Assembly: GCA_963728565.1 (NCBI GenBank)
Contig: CAVSLC010000023.1
Location: 64,001-128,000 of the forward strand
Source of the DNA: an uncultured delta proteobacterium
GTDB lineage: Bacteria > Desulfobacterota > Binatia > UBA9968
Direction of reading: 5' to 3'
DNA length: 64,000 nucleotides
This document shows, piece by piece, positions 30,453 through 40,614 of the stretch. Position 1 is the stretch's first letter. The number at the start of each line of letters is the position of its first letter. A program made the position numbers and the translations under genes. The notes beneath the pieces are model-generated. The model searched no databases, was not told where the DNA came from, and saw only the letters and a program-made list of their open reading frames with translations.

Positions 30453-32849
30453 ATGGAAATCCGTCGTCTGAACCTTTCTGCGCTAGCAATACTCATCATC
30501 CTCGGCGCTGCCGGATGCGGAAAAGGATCGTCCGAACCCGGCTCGGTTAAGGACGAGGCGTTAACGGTTGGGCGCACTGCGGAAAGCTTGCCGGCTGCCG
30601 ATGAGGATTATTTCAAAGAAATGGATGGCGCGGTGGAACTCACGGCCAATGAGGTGAAGGGACGCAACAATTGGATTGTCTGGAGCGGTGGCAACGACCG
30701 CTTCTGGGATCACCTTGTTAGCGAGAGCTTTGGCGCGGTAGATCTACTAAAGATTCTTTCATCTCATCCCAACATCAAGCACCTGAGCCGGGACACCCGT
30801 TGGCGACAACTTGGCCTGGTTAACGAGCCCTGCTTTGATAAGCCACAGACCGCGAACAAAGATCGGTTCGGCCTGTGGCTGGATACGCGCCGCAAAGAGT
30901 GCCCGCCGGACCCGTTCGAAAACGAACAGAAGTACCCCGGCGTACAAATTGGCGCGCGCGGTAAGAACATTCCCGTGGGATCGTTGTACGGCTATGCGTC
31001 GGGAATCGTCGGCCTGCGCCTGTTTCCGAATCCGGACTTCGACGAAGCGGCGCAAAAGAAATGGGATGCGGAAAAATTTTATACCGACCCCGACTACTAT
31101 AACGATAAGAAGCTGATTCGTCCGTACCGGGTCGGCATGTCTTGCGGTTTTTGCCATGTCGGACCGAGTCCGGTTAAACCGCCGGCGGATCCGGAAAATC
31201 CCAAATGGGAAAACCTCAACTCGAATCCCGGCACCCAATATTTCTGGGTGGACCGGATTCTTTTCTGGGAAAAGGACGACGCGAATTTCATCCAGCAACT
31301 GCTCCATACGTCGTTGCCGGGTACTTTGGACACATCGTTTATTTCCACCGACTACATCAATAACCCGCGCACGATGAACGCCGTCTACAGCGTGGCGGCG
31401 CGTTTGAAGGCCGCCGAACGCTGGGGCGAGGAAAAACTCGCCGGAGGAGGAGTCAAGAACAAGCAGTTCCAGGACTTCAAGCAAACCGCGCCTTTGGCGC
31501 AGTACCATACACCGCCCGACACCGTCCGGACCCCGCGTATTTTGAAAGACGGCGCCGATTCCGTCGGCGTGCTCGGTGCGCTGAATCGTGTGTTCATCAA
31601 CATTGGGCTGTTCAGCGAGGAGTGGCTGCTGCACTTCAATGCTCTAGTAGGCGGCAAAAAAATCACGCCCATCAGGATTGAGGATGCCGAAAAAAATTCG
31701 AGCTACTGGAACGCGACCGTGGCCCAGACTCCGGATGTTGCGTTATTTTTCCTCAAGACGGCGCAGCCGGATCTGCTCAAGAATGCTCCGGGCGGCGAGC
31801 AATATCTGACCAAGGATCAAGCTCAGCTGGCCCGCGGCAAGACGGTGTTCGCGGAGACTTGCGCGCGCTGTCATTCGAGCAAGATTCCCGCAGCGCCGAG
31901 CGATATCGAGGAACGGGACTGGGAGCAATACTGGAAATGGACCAAGACCGACGACTTCAAGAAAAAAATGACCGAGATCGTGATGGCGGATGATTTTCTC
32001 GTCGATAACTATTTGTCTACGGACCGCCGCATTCCTGTTACCTTGCTCCAGACCAACGCGTGCAGTCCGCTGGCGACCAATGCTCTCGGCGGCAACATCT
32101 GGGACAATTACTCATCGCAAACCTATAAAGACTTGCCATCGGTGGGCAAGATTACCGTGCACCACCCGATCGACGGCAGCCCGCGGGAATACGAGATGCC
32201 CGGCAACGGGCGCGGCTATACGCGAGTGCCGTCGCTGATCAGCCTGTGGTCGACGGCGCCTTTTCTGCTCAACAACTCGGTCGGCAAGTTCAATCCATCG
32301 CCATCCGTGGAGGCGCGCATGGAGTCGTTCAATGATTCGATAGAAAAAATGCTGTGGCCGGAAAAGCGTGACAAAGATCCGATTCTCGGTGACAAGGTGC
32401 CGGGCTTCATCTATCGCACCACAGCGACGAGCTATATCAAACTCGCCCCCGGATTCTTACCCGCTTCTCTGAACCATTTGCTCAGCTGGAATGATTTGGG
32501 AGCGCGCTGGTTGCCTTGGCTGTTTAATGAAAAGGGGGTGCAAATCGGCCCCATTCCGAAGGGCACTCCGGTGAATCTGCTTACGAATATCGACTTAGAG
32601 AGCAGCAAAATCGATTTGGCTAAGCTGTTATTGAAGATGAAAGCCGATCTCAAGGCGGTAGAAGGCAAGAGCGAACAGGAAGCGGCCGAGGTGTTTAAAA
32701 ACCTCGTGCCAGATCTTTTGCAGGTCAGCAAGTGTCCGGATTTCGTGGTCAACCGGGGCCATTACTTCGGCACGAGTTTGCTGAAGGAAGAGGCTTCGTT
32801 GAGCGACGAAGATAAACGAGCGTTGATCGAATTCTTGAAGACGTTTTAG
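30453..32849 (+). CDS. Large di-heme cytochrome c lipoprotein, divergent RoxA-like (paralog C)
   Basis: RBS GAGGAG; lipobox AAGC; CGFCH and CARCH; PSLISLWSTAPFLLNNSVG; NRGHYFG; ALIEFLKTF. Confidence 0.8.
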   Translation: MEIRRLNLSALAILIILGAAGCGKGSSEPGSVKDEALTVGRTAESLPAADEDYFKEMDGAVELTANEVKGRNNWIVWSGGNDRFWDHLVSESFGAVDLLKILSSHPNIKHLSRDTRWRQLGLVNEPCFDKPQTANKDRFGLWLDTRRKECPPDPFENEQKYPGVQIGARGKNIPVGSLYGYASGIVGLRLFPNPDFDEAAQKKWDAEKFYTDPDYYNDKKLIRPYRVGMSCGFCHVGPSPVKPPADPENPKWENLNSNPGTQYFWVDRILFWEKDDANFIQQLLHTSLPGTLDTSFISTDYINNPRTMNAVYSVAARLKAAERWGEEKLAGGGVKNKQFQDFKQTAPLAQYHTPPDTVRTPRILKDGADSVGVLGALNRVFINIGLFSEEWLLHFNALVGGKKITPIRIEDAEKNSSYWNATVAQTPDVALFFLKTAQPDLLKNAPGGEQYLTKDQAQLARGKTVFAETCARCHSSKIPAAPSDIEERDWEQYWKWTKTDDFKKKMTEIVMADDFLVDNYLSTDRRIPVTLLQTNACSPLATNALGGNIWDNYSSQTYKDLPSVGKITVHHPIDGSPREYEMPGNGRGYTRVPSLISLWSTAPFLLNNSVGKFNPSPSVEARMESFNDSIEKMLWPEKRDKDPILGDKVPGFIYRTTATSYIKLAPGFLPASLNHLLSWNDLGARWLPWLFNEKGVQIGPIPKGTPVNLLTNIDLESSKIDLAKLLLKMKADLKAVEGKSEQEAAEVFKNLVPDLLQVSKCPDFVVNRGHYFGTSLLKEEASLSDEDKRALIEFLKTF

Positions 32850-32877
32850 CGATGTTCTCCGGCGAACTCCACTAAGA

Positions 32878-34737
32878 ATGTCTGCGGATGCGCCATCCAA
32901 CGGATATGATTATGTCGTTGTCGGATCGGGCGCCGGCGGCGGCACAGTCGCCGCGCGATTGGCCGAAGCCGGACGCACGGTCTTGCTTCTGGAAGCGGGC
33001 GGCGATCCCCTCAGTCTAGTCGGCACACGTTTGCCGGAAGACTACCAGGTCCCTGCCTTTCATCCTTTCGCGTCCGAGAATCCCGCCTTGAGGTGGGATT
33101 TCTTCGTGCGCCACTACGATAACGACGAGCGCCAGAAGAAAGACTCTAAATTCACGGCCGTGAGAGACGGCGTCCTTTATCCTCGCGCCGGCGCGTTAGG
33201 CGGTTGCACAAGCCATAACGCAATGATTCTGGTCTATCCGCACAATCAAGATTGGGACGATATCGCCGACCTGACCGGCGATCCTTCCTGGCGAGCTGAG
33301 AACATGCGCCGGTACTTCGAGCGTCTGGAAGACTGCCGGCACCGACCTCCCTATCGCTGGCTAAAGAAAATCTTGGGTTTAAATCCAACGCGCCATGGTT
33401 TCAGCGGTTGGCTGACTACGGAGCGGAGAGATCCCAGATTGGCGCTGGGTGATCGAGACATGATGAACATGATCAAGGGCTCGGCGCTGAGGGCATTCAA
33501 AGAAATGGGAGATCCGCTGACGCAAGTTAGGTGGTCGATCAAATCGCAGCACGATCCCAATGACTGGCGCTTGGTGCAGTCCAATTCGTTCGGCGTTCGC
33601 TACACACCCCTGACCACGTCCAATCAGGCGCGCATCGGCACTCGCGAGCGCGTCTTGGACGTGGCCAAGAGATACCCCGGTAAGCTGCATATCGAGCCTC
33701 ACGCTCTGGTTACGCGAGTGCTTTTCGACCAGGATAATCGCGCATTAGGCGTCGAGTACCTCAAAGGAGAGCGTCTGTACCGTGCGCATAGCGATCCCAG
33801 CAGCGACCCAGGAGAAACACGCCAAGCATTTGCTGCGCGAGAGACGATCTTGTGCGGCGGCGCTTTTAATACCCCCCAATTGCTCATGCTGTCCGGCATC
33901 GGTCCGCGAGAAGACTTGCAATCTCACGGCATCAAAGTGCGGATCGACCTTCCCGGCGTCGGCAGGAATCTTCAGGACCGTTATGAGGTGAGCGTCGTCA
34001 ATCGCATGACGCAGGACTGGAATGTATTGGCAGCGGCAAAGTTCGATCACAGCGATCCGCAATATCGAGAATGGGCCGCAGATCGGAAGGGTGTGTATGC
34101 CACTGCCGGCGCGGCGCTGGTGGTGGTTAAAAAATCCCAGCCGAGTCGTACCGTCCCGGATCTGTTCTGCCTCGGCTTTATTGGCAAATTCAAAGGCTAT
34201 TTCCCGGGATACTCACAACTCATATCAGCGCACCACAACTATTTGAGTTGGGTGGTGTTGAAAGCGCATACCCGCAACAACGCAGGAGCGGTGACCTTGC
34301 GCTCGTCAGATCCCAGAGATACCCCCGCTGTTAGTTTTCGCTATTTCGACGAGGGTAGCGACACCAGTGGAGAGGACCTCGACAGCGTTGTCGAAGGCAT
34401 CAAGTTCGTGCGCAAAATGACGGCGGCGCTCAGAGCAGAGAAGGTCATTTCAGAGGAGGAATTGCCCGGTAGTCACGTTCAATCGGATGCCGAACTACGC
34501 GACTACGTTAGCAACAACGCCTGGGGTCACCACGCTTCCTGCACGTGCCCGATCGGTCCTAAAGACAGAGGCGGGGTGCTAACCAGCGATTTCCAGGTGC
34601 ATGGCACCGAGCGGCTGCGGGTTGTCGATGCTTCGGTGTTTCCGCGTATTCCAGGCTTCTTTATCGTCAGCGCCGTGTACATGATCGGTGAAAAGGCTGC
34701 GGACGTTATCCTGGCTGATAATCGTCAGCTACACTAG
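32878..34737 (+). CDS. GMC-family FAD oxidoreductase
   Basis: DYVVVGSGAGG, LLLEAG, LGGCTSHNAM, NTPQLLMLSGIG, GVGRNLQD, HHASCTC and LRVVDASVFP. Confidence 0.93.
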   Translation: MSADAPSNGYDYVVVGSGAGGGTVAARLAEAGRTVLLLEAGGDPLSLVGTRLPEDYQVPAFHPFASENPALRWDFFVRHYDNDERQKKDSKFTAVRDGVLYPRAGALGGCTSHNAMILVYPHNQDWDDIADLTGDPSWRAENMRRYFERLEDCRHRPPYRWLKKILGLNPTRHGFSGWLTTERRDPRLALGDRDMMNMIKGSALRAFKEMGDPLTQVRWSIKSQHDPNDWRLVQSNSFGVRYTPLTTSNQARIGTRERVLDVAKRYPGKLHIEPHALVTRVLFDQDNRALGVEYLKGERLYRAHSDPSSDPGETRQAFAARETILCGGAFNTPQLLMLSGIGPREDLQSHGIKVRIDLPGVGRNLQDRYEVSVVNRMTQDWNVLAAAKFDHSDPQYREWAADRKGVYATAGAALVVVKKSQPSRTVPDLFCLGFIGKFKGYFPGYSQLISAHHNYLSWVVLKAHTRNNAGAVTLRSSDPRDTPAVSFRYFDEGSDTSGEDLDSVVEGIKFVRKMTAALRAEKVISEEELPGSHVQSDAELRDYVSNNAWGHHASCTCPIGPKDRGGVLTSDFQVHGTERLRVVDASVFPRIPGFFIVSAVYMIGEKAADVILADNRQLH

Positions 34738-34809
34738 CATATCAAAATAGTGGTTCGACTCCACCGGAGTAGCGCGCCCGGAACCGCTTCATCGTCTCAC
34801 GAGTTTTGC

Positions 34810-37596
34810 CTAATTGCTTTTGAAGGACAGGTCCGCTTCTGCGTCGCGTCGCGGCTTCCAAGCGAGCGAGTAATATTCGCCGCGATCCCGGGCCCAGGGA
34901 TCGAAAACATTTACAACCTGTTCGAGTTCTTCGCGCAATTCTGGAACGGTTCTTTGAAGCACGCGCTTCAATGGCGAGACTTCGACCGTATGTCCGTTGG
35001 CTTTCTTCGGTTCGAAGATTTTGGCGCCAGGACCGTTGTTGTTTACCCAGTTATAGCCCAGGTGGGTGTAAAACGCCGGTCGAAAACTCGAGGTTAAAAA
35101 GCGATCGCTGAAAAGCCGGCGGGATGCGTTCAGGATGAAAACCTGGAATTGTGTTTCCGAGATGGCAAAACCGTGCGGCCGCGCGAATTCAGCGAGCCAT
35201 CCTACCATAGCGTCGACGTCCTCGATGTTATCCACGAGGCTGCCGTTGGGATGGCCTAGGCAGTCATTGATTTGGCTGCGGTCGTCATTGTTCTGCGCGG
35301 TCGTGATGATCTTCGAGAAATCACAGCGATGTTGTCCATAGACTTCCCGAAGCAGCTCCACGAGCTTCTGCTGCTCTGTCCATTCAACCGAGTCCTTTGA
35401 GACCCGCGGGTCGATGAAATCATCGAACTTGGTCAGCTGTTTGAGACCGTATTGGCGTCGATATTCATTATAACGCGGTATGCCGCGTTCCCGGTCGCGG
35501 ATCAGATCCAAAGCGGCGACATCTATTTTACCGCTGCCGCTTTTTAGGCGAGGCATGGATAGGCTTTGCAAAAATTTCGGATGGTTGCGCAATGTCAGCT
35601 TGCCGAGTCGCTGCCGGCCCAATGAGAGCCCCCAGTTAGCCGGCCCGTGCTGATGCATCGCTTGAGTCGCCTTGCCGCGCAGAGTTTCGGAAACCGCAAT
35701 CTTCGACTTGATGACGTTGCGGTCGCCTTTCAGCTCGCGGAGTTCGATGAAGTCGGGGAGCATCGGGTGCAAGCGGTACGCGTTGATGAACTCCTCAGGA
35801 AAATTGAACGGCGAACCGAAGTGGTTAACCCCGGCATTAACGTCGGCTTGCGTATTGCCGAGACCGACAATACCCGGTCCGGCGGCGAAAGCGGCATACC
35901 ATGCGGCGGATTTCCTGCCATTGTGGGATCGAGTAAACCGCTGGATTACCCGCTCGAGAGCGGCATTGACCAGAGGATGCTCGTTAAACAGACCCGACCA
36001 ATTGGCATTCATAGCGAGATAGACCGGCTCGTTGTAGAGCAGCTGGGTGGTCCACTCGATGGTGTGGATCTTGGCAATCTCGGCTGCAACCACTAGACGC
36101 GCGACTTCGAAGAGCTCGTCGTCTGTGACCTCCTTGTTACTGATCACGTGGTCGAGCTGCGGCGGCCGTCGTAATCCGGAATCGCCATCCGGGTTTTTTC
36201 TCATTTCCAGGCGAAAGGCGTCGACGAACAGATTGTGCTCGCGCGCGAATACGTTGTGGAAAAAACTTAGACCGATGTTCCAGTTGTCGGGGAAGGCGAC
36301 AGCCTCCTGGCCGATCCAGTGTGGATTCGTGCTATCGGCAGAGTTCAACCTCGGCAAATAAACCGGCGCCTCTTCCCTGGGCACTATCCCCGGTTCGAGC
36401 AATAGTTTGGCCGGATCGCGCTGATCGCGCTTTACCCGCCGGCGCGAAGTCTCGTCATATCCATAAATTTGCGAAGCATCCCACCATGCGGTGACTTTGT
36501 TGGCGGTGGTTCTATGCGCGCGCGTCATGTAGGAGTTTTTGCCGAGCTTGAAGGTCGGCGCCGGCATGTCCTGAGCGATCAAGCTTTTATCGATGCGATC
36601 TGCCGGGCGGCAGCCGGCCGGTCGGGCTCGGTCGGGCGCCAATCTACTTCGATCGTTTGCTGCTTGGTGATCATCGCAGCCCATCGCCATCATTACCGAT
36701 TGGTTTTGTCCTTCGTCTAGATGAGAAAACCAATCGTGGGTCACGAACTGGATCCAGAATCCAGCGAGCAAATTTAAGTGCGACGCTTTTTGATAGTCGC
36801 AACTCGCTTCGGCCGAATTTCTTAGCTCGTGACCATCGCATGTGCCGACCAATGGGCGGCTGAATAATTTTTGGCTAATGAGCTGCGGGTCGGGCTTTAA
36901 CAAACCGATTCGATCGCCGTGGCGATTTGCCGCAATCGGGTCCATGGCCAGCTCCGGAAACGTGTTCTCGAAGTCAACGTTGCGCGCAAACGGCTGGCCG
37001 GTAGAGCCCATCAGCGGATTGGTGATGTCGTTGCAAATCCCGCTGATCGTGCGAAAGCGTATCAATTCACCGGAACATAGTTGAGGACCATCGCCGCCGA
37101 CCTCACTGTAGAGCGGATGATCCTTGGGCAGGCGCAATTCGGGCCAGGTCTTTGTGACATGACCCGATGGGCTGTGCCAATCGCGCATATAAGTCGCAAA
37201 AGTGCCGCTGTTGTCGAACAGATTAAACTTGAGCAACTCGAGACGCTGGTACTCGAGATCGAGCAGCGCGCCGTTAAGGCCGCGGTTATCCGGGCTGAAA
37301 AAACCGAGCTTGCCGGCCCAACCGCGAGTCCGGCTTTCAGGGCCCGCCGCGCTCGAGTAGCGTTGCCAGTCGATCCACGGTGTGTTGCGCCAAGCCACCG
37401 CTGACTCGCCGCCGCGGCAGCGTGCGCTGTCCTCATGAACTTTTCCGAGAAAGCGCGCCGAGCGTTGCTGCGCGATTTCGCGCAAGCCGCCAAGCGCATA
37501 GGCGAGGCAGCTACCGAGCTGAGTCTGTCTGATCGAGGCATAGGCGCCAAGTAAGACCAGACCGAGCAGTAAAGAAAGCAGGAAAGTTCTTTTCAC
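34810..37596 (-). CDS. Secreted heme peroxidase-cyclooxygenase superfamily enzyme, alpha-dioxygenase-like
   Basis: Signal peptide; WIQFVTHDWFSH, TAWWDASQIYG, AKIHTIEWT, AYRLHPMLPD, RDRERGIPRYNEYRR and NASRRLFSDRF. Confidence 0.85.
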   Translation of the reverse strand: MKRTFLLSLLLGLVLLGAYASIRQTQLGSCLAYALGGLREIAQQRSARFLGKVHEDSARCRGGESAVAWRNTPWIDWQRYSSAAGPESRTRGWAGKLGFFSPDNRGLNGALLDLEYQRLELLKFNLFDNSGTFATYMRDWHSPSGHVTKTWPELRLPKDHPLYSEVGGDGPQLCSGELIRFRTISGICNDITNPLMGSTGQPFARNVDFENTFPELAMDPIAANRHGDRIGLLKPDPQLISQKLFSRPLVGTCDGHELRNSAEASCDYQKASHLNLLAGFWIQFVTHDWFSHLDEGQNQSVMMAMGCDDHQAANDRSRLAPDRARPAGCRPADRIDKSLIAQDMPAPTFKLGKNSYMTRAHRTTANKVTAWWDASQIYGYDETSRRRVKRDQRDPAKLLLEPGIVPREEAPVYLPRLNSADSTNPHWIGQEAVAFPDNWNIGLSFFHNVFAREHNLFVDAFRLEMRKNPDGDSGLRRPPQLDHVISNKEVTDDELFEVARLVVAAEIAKIHTIEWTTQLLYNEPVYLAMNANWSGLFNEHPLVNAALERVIQRFTRSHNGRKSAAWYAAFAAGPGIVGLGNTQADVNAGVNHFGSPFNFPEEFINAYRLHPMLPDFIELRELKGDRNVIKSKIAVSETLRGKATQAMHQHGPANWGLSLGRQRLGKLTLRNHPKFLQSLSMPRLKSGSGKIDVAALDLIRDRERGIPRYNEYRRQYGLKQLTKFDDFIDPRVSKDSVEWTEQQKLVELLREVYGQHRCDFSKIITTAQNNDDRSQINDCLGHPNGSLVDNIEDVDAMVGWLAEFARPHGFAISETQFQVFILNASRRLFSDRFLTSSFRPAFYTHLGYNWVNNNGPGAKIFEPKKANGHTVEVSPLKRVLQRTVPELREELEQVVNVFDPWARDRGEYYSLAWKPRRDAEADLSFKSN

Positions 37597-37840
37597 GGGA
37601 CGGCCGTTAAAGTTCTCAACTCGTTCGATGTTCTCTAATCTAATTTTTTCCTGTTTACAGGAAGGACAATCAAAGAGTCAATTTCTTGGAGCGCTGAGCG
37701 TCTAGATGCTAACCCCTTTGATGGCACGATTATTTGCCCTCTGATGTTAAAGACTGTATAGCTCAGGTGCACGTCGAAAGCAGCAGATCACGAACGTCTA
37801 CAATCTCGGTAAATTTTCCCCCAGTAATAATTCACCCAAC

Positions 37841-38719
37841 ATGGCTGCCATCCCCGCTGAATTCTACGCCCTGGCCAATGCTTTTCTATTCGCATTCCAT
37901 AACATGCTCACCAAAAAGGCGATGCGCTACTCCAATCCTGCCACCGGCGTGATCAGTAGCTTGTCAATTAACATTGTATTTCTCTGGAGCGTGTCGATCT
38001 TGTTCGTGCCGCTGTCGTCTTTGACTAGCGCGTCAATTTTGATTTTTGTCGCCGTCGGATTTTTCCAACCGGGATTGACCCGTCTGTTAACCTATAAGGG
38101 CATCGATGCGCTGGGGGTAGCGATTACCGATCCAATACGCGCCACTACGCCATTATTCAGCGCCATGATGGCGATTGTCTTTCTCGGCGAGCAAATCACT
38201 TTGCCGATCGTTATCGCCACCTTGATGATTATCGCCGGCATCACCTTATTGTCCTGGCGCAGCGGTTCCGTGAAACTTGCGGGCTCCGCCATCTTTTTAT
38301 GGTACCCCATCGGCGCCTCCGCGTTGGCGGGGGCATCTCAGGTCGTGCGCAAATTCGGTTTGGCAGCGGTTCCCCATCCGTTTCTAGCGGCGGCGGTCAC
38401 CGCTACTTCCTCTTTCGCGGTGTCGCTGTTGACGCTCTGGTATGTGGAGAAGAGCCAAGAAACCTGGAAAATGAACCGGCATTGCTTCTGGTGGTTTCTT
38501 GCGGCTGGCATTACCATCAGCCTTGGTATGGTCTGCATCTACTATGCCCTGGATCTGGGTAAAGTTTCTGTGGTGATTCCGATAAGCAGCACCGGCCCGT
38601 TCTTTTCGCTGATCTTTAGCGCGCTTTTTTTACGCGATGTCGAGCGTGTCACTCTTCGAATCGTCATCAGCGCCGCCATGATCGTCGGCGGCGTGTTGCT
38701 GCTGACGGTGTGGAAATGA
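37841..38719 (+). CDS. DMT/EamA-family transporter
   Basis: About 10 hydrophobic helices in two repeats; PLFSAMMAIVFLGE and PFFSLIFSALFLRD.E. Confidence 0.88.
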   Translation: MAAIPAEFYALANAFLFAFHNMLTKKAMRYSNPATGVISSLSINIVFLWSVSILFVPLSSLTSASILIFVAVGFFQPGLTRLLTYKGIDALGVAITDPIRATTPLFSAMMAIVFLGEQITLPIVIATLMIIAGITLLSWRSGSVKLAGSAIFLWYPIGASALAGASQVVRKFGLAAVPHPFLAAAVTATSSFAVSLLTLWYVEKSQETWKMNRHCFWWFLAAGITISLGMVCIYYALDLGKVSVVIPISSTGPFFSLIFSALFLRDVERVTLRIVISAAMIVGGVLLLTVWK

Positions 38720-38981
38720 TCCGTGTGTTTAGCGTTTTCCTAATGCTGCAGAAGAGACTCCGGTTCACGACTTCTTTGTAATCTCAATGCACCCCTTCCT
38801 GGCGCGCCTCAAAGATTACGCTTTTGCAGCATGCCTAGGCGCAGGAACGGCGATCGGGGGTACTTGTAGTAGCAACGTTTCCTTGCATAGATGAAAGAAT
38901 GACCGTTTTGTGCCATGGCAGAGCCGGGGTGCTCGAGAGTCACACAGACTGCTAACGCTGCCGACATCAGGAGGTTCCTAA

Positions 38982-39686
38982 ATGATCAACGACTCGTACC
39001 ATTCAAACCGCATCATCGACCCACGGCTAGAGACTGATTCAGGCTTCCTTCGGCAGGTCATCGTTTTGATTGCTGCACTGATTGCTCTCTCGGGATTCGC
39101 GCTCAAGAATAGCGAGGCTGTCGCCGCAGATGCCGCAGACCAGCCGGGCACGTACGAGTCGGCGTTTGGATTCGGCAGGCAATCGTTGGGGATCAGTGGC
39201 GGCCATGGATTTGCACTCCCGGTTGGCGGTACTGACGGCCCGGAGTTGGAAGATATTCAATTCGTCTATGCCACCCCGCGTTGGGGCATCGGCATTTCGG
39301 ATCCGTTGGGAGGGCGCAGTTGGTACCGGGGAAACTTCGAGTTTTTGCTCGAGGGGACTTTTCTCTACATGTTCGAGCCCAAAAGCGGAATCGCCGGAGG
39401 TATCGCTCCAGGGCTGCGCTATAACTTCTTGACCAACACTCGGTTTATTCCGTTCTTTTTTGCCGGCGTCGGATTCATCGCCTTGGACGCAGATCTGGCG
39501 CGGCAATCCGATGGTTTGAATTTCATCCTGCAATCAGGGTTGGGCCTTCACTATTTCATAAGCCAACAGACAGCGTTGACCGGAGAGTGGCGCTTTCATC
39601 ATATTTCCAACGCGAGTATTCACGACAAAAATGCCGGCATCAACAGCAGTCTGTTTATGCTTGGCGTTACTTTCTTTCTCAGGTAG
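38982..39686 (+). CDS. Acyloxyacyl hydrolase / lipid A 3-O-deacylase (PagL-like) outer-membrane beta-barrel
   Basis: Signal peptide, amphipathic beta-strands, EWRFHHISNA....NAGIN catalytic motif, aromatic C-terminus. Confidence 0.82.
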   Translation: MINDSYHSNRIIDPRLETDSGFLRQVIVLIAALIALSGFALKNSEAVAADAADQPGTYESAFGFGRQSLGISGGHGFALPVGGTDGPELEDIQFVYATPRWGIGISDPLGGRSWYRGNFEFLLEGTFLYMFEPKSGIAGGIAPGLRYNFLTNTRFIPFFFAGVGFIALDADLARQSDGLNFILQSGLGLHYFISQQTALTGEWRFHHISNASIHDKNAGINSSLFMLGVTFFLR

Positions 39687-39788
39687 AAGTTCACTGCTAC
39701 CGTCTTTCTTTCGATTCCAGGCATGTCTTCGAATCGCTCCAAGGCAGGCGTGAGTCGAAAAACGACAAGCGCAGCATCGGCTGCCTGA

Positions 39789-40494
39789 TCATACCTGGGA
39801 ATTTTCAATACCCGCGAGAGCCAATACTTCCGGGAGAGTGGCGATAGCCAGGCCGCGCCATTCTCTCGCCTCCCTATGCAACTCACTCAGGGGCTCTTCT
39901 GAGGATGATCGAATCAGTACCGGCTGTAAACCTATCTTAGCCGCCGCTGCCAATTCATACTCCTCTCCATCGGCAATATAGAGGCAGGATTCAGGTTTGC
40001 TGCCGAGTTGTTCGCATGCCAGATGATAGATCCTCTCATCCGGTTTTTTCAAACGAGCGAGGCACGAGAAAATCGGCGTATCGATTGCGCCGGCAAAATC
40101 GGTTTCCGGCCAGAGCAGCGGAATCTCCACTGAGCAATTGCTGAGCAGTCCGGTTTTGTAGCGATGGCGCTTAAGTTGGTTAAGCGTGCTTATGGCGTCG
40201 GCCTTAGGTCGCAGCGCCTTCTTGATGTATCGCCATCCGGATTGCAACGGCCTGTTCAATTTGTTCGGCTTGGGCATCTACATTCATTTCATTCAACACA
40301 TGTTCAATGCTGGCCTCGACAGTTGCAAAAGCGCCGACGACTCGCATTTCCGTGGTCTGATTCCAGAGCGGGTTGAATTGTTCGTAAGGCACCGTCAGGA
40401 CGTCGGCCATTTCCTTGTGCATTTGGCCGACCGATGCCATGAAATGGGTTACCAAGGTGCCAAACAAGTCGAAAATGACGGTATCGAATTTCAT
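39789..40494 (-). CDS. HAD-family hydrolase, frameshift ~40233
   Basis: VIFDLFGTLV (motif I) in 40204-40494; GLLSNC, KKPDERIY and CLYIADG in 39789-40277. Confidence 0.85.
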
Positions 40495-40614
40495 GTTTAT
40501 AAATTTCGAAGAGGCGCTCTGGATTTGACCCGTGTCCTCTTAGACCGAAGAAGCACCAGTTTAGCGATACTCCAACCAGGCTTTCATCCCGTCAAACTTG
40601 GTTCTTCCGACTGA

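Noticed and set aside
27350-32849. Calling the di-heme proteins true rubber oxygenases (roxA/roxB)
   Set aside because: Only the motif layout is shared. Size, membrane anchoring and context differ, and the substrate cannot be read from sequence.
37722-37737. Sigma-54 promoter TGGCACGATTATTTGC upstream of the DMT gene
   Set aside because: GG-to-GC spacing is 11 rather than the strict 10 nt. An indel error is possible but unsupported.
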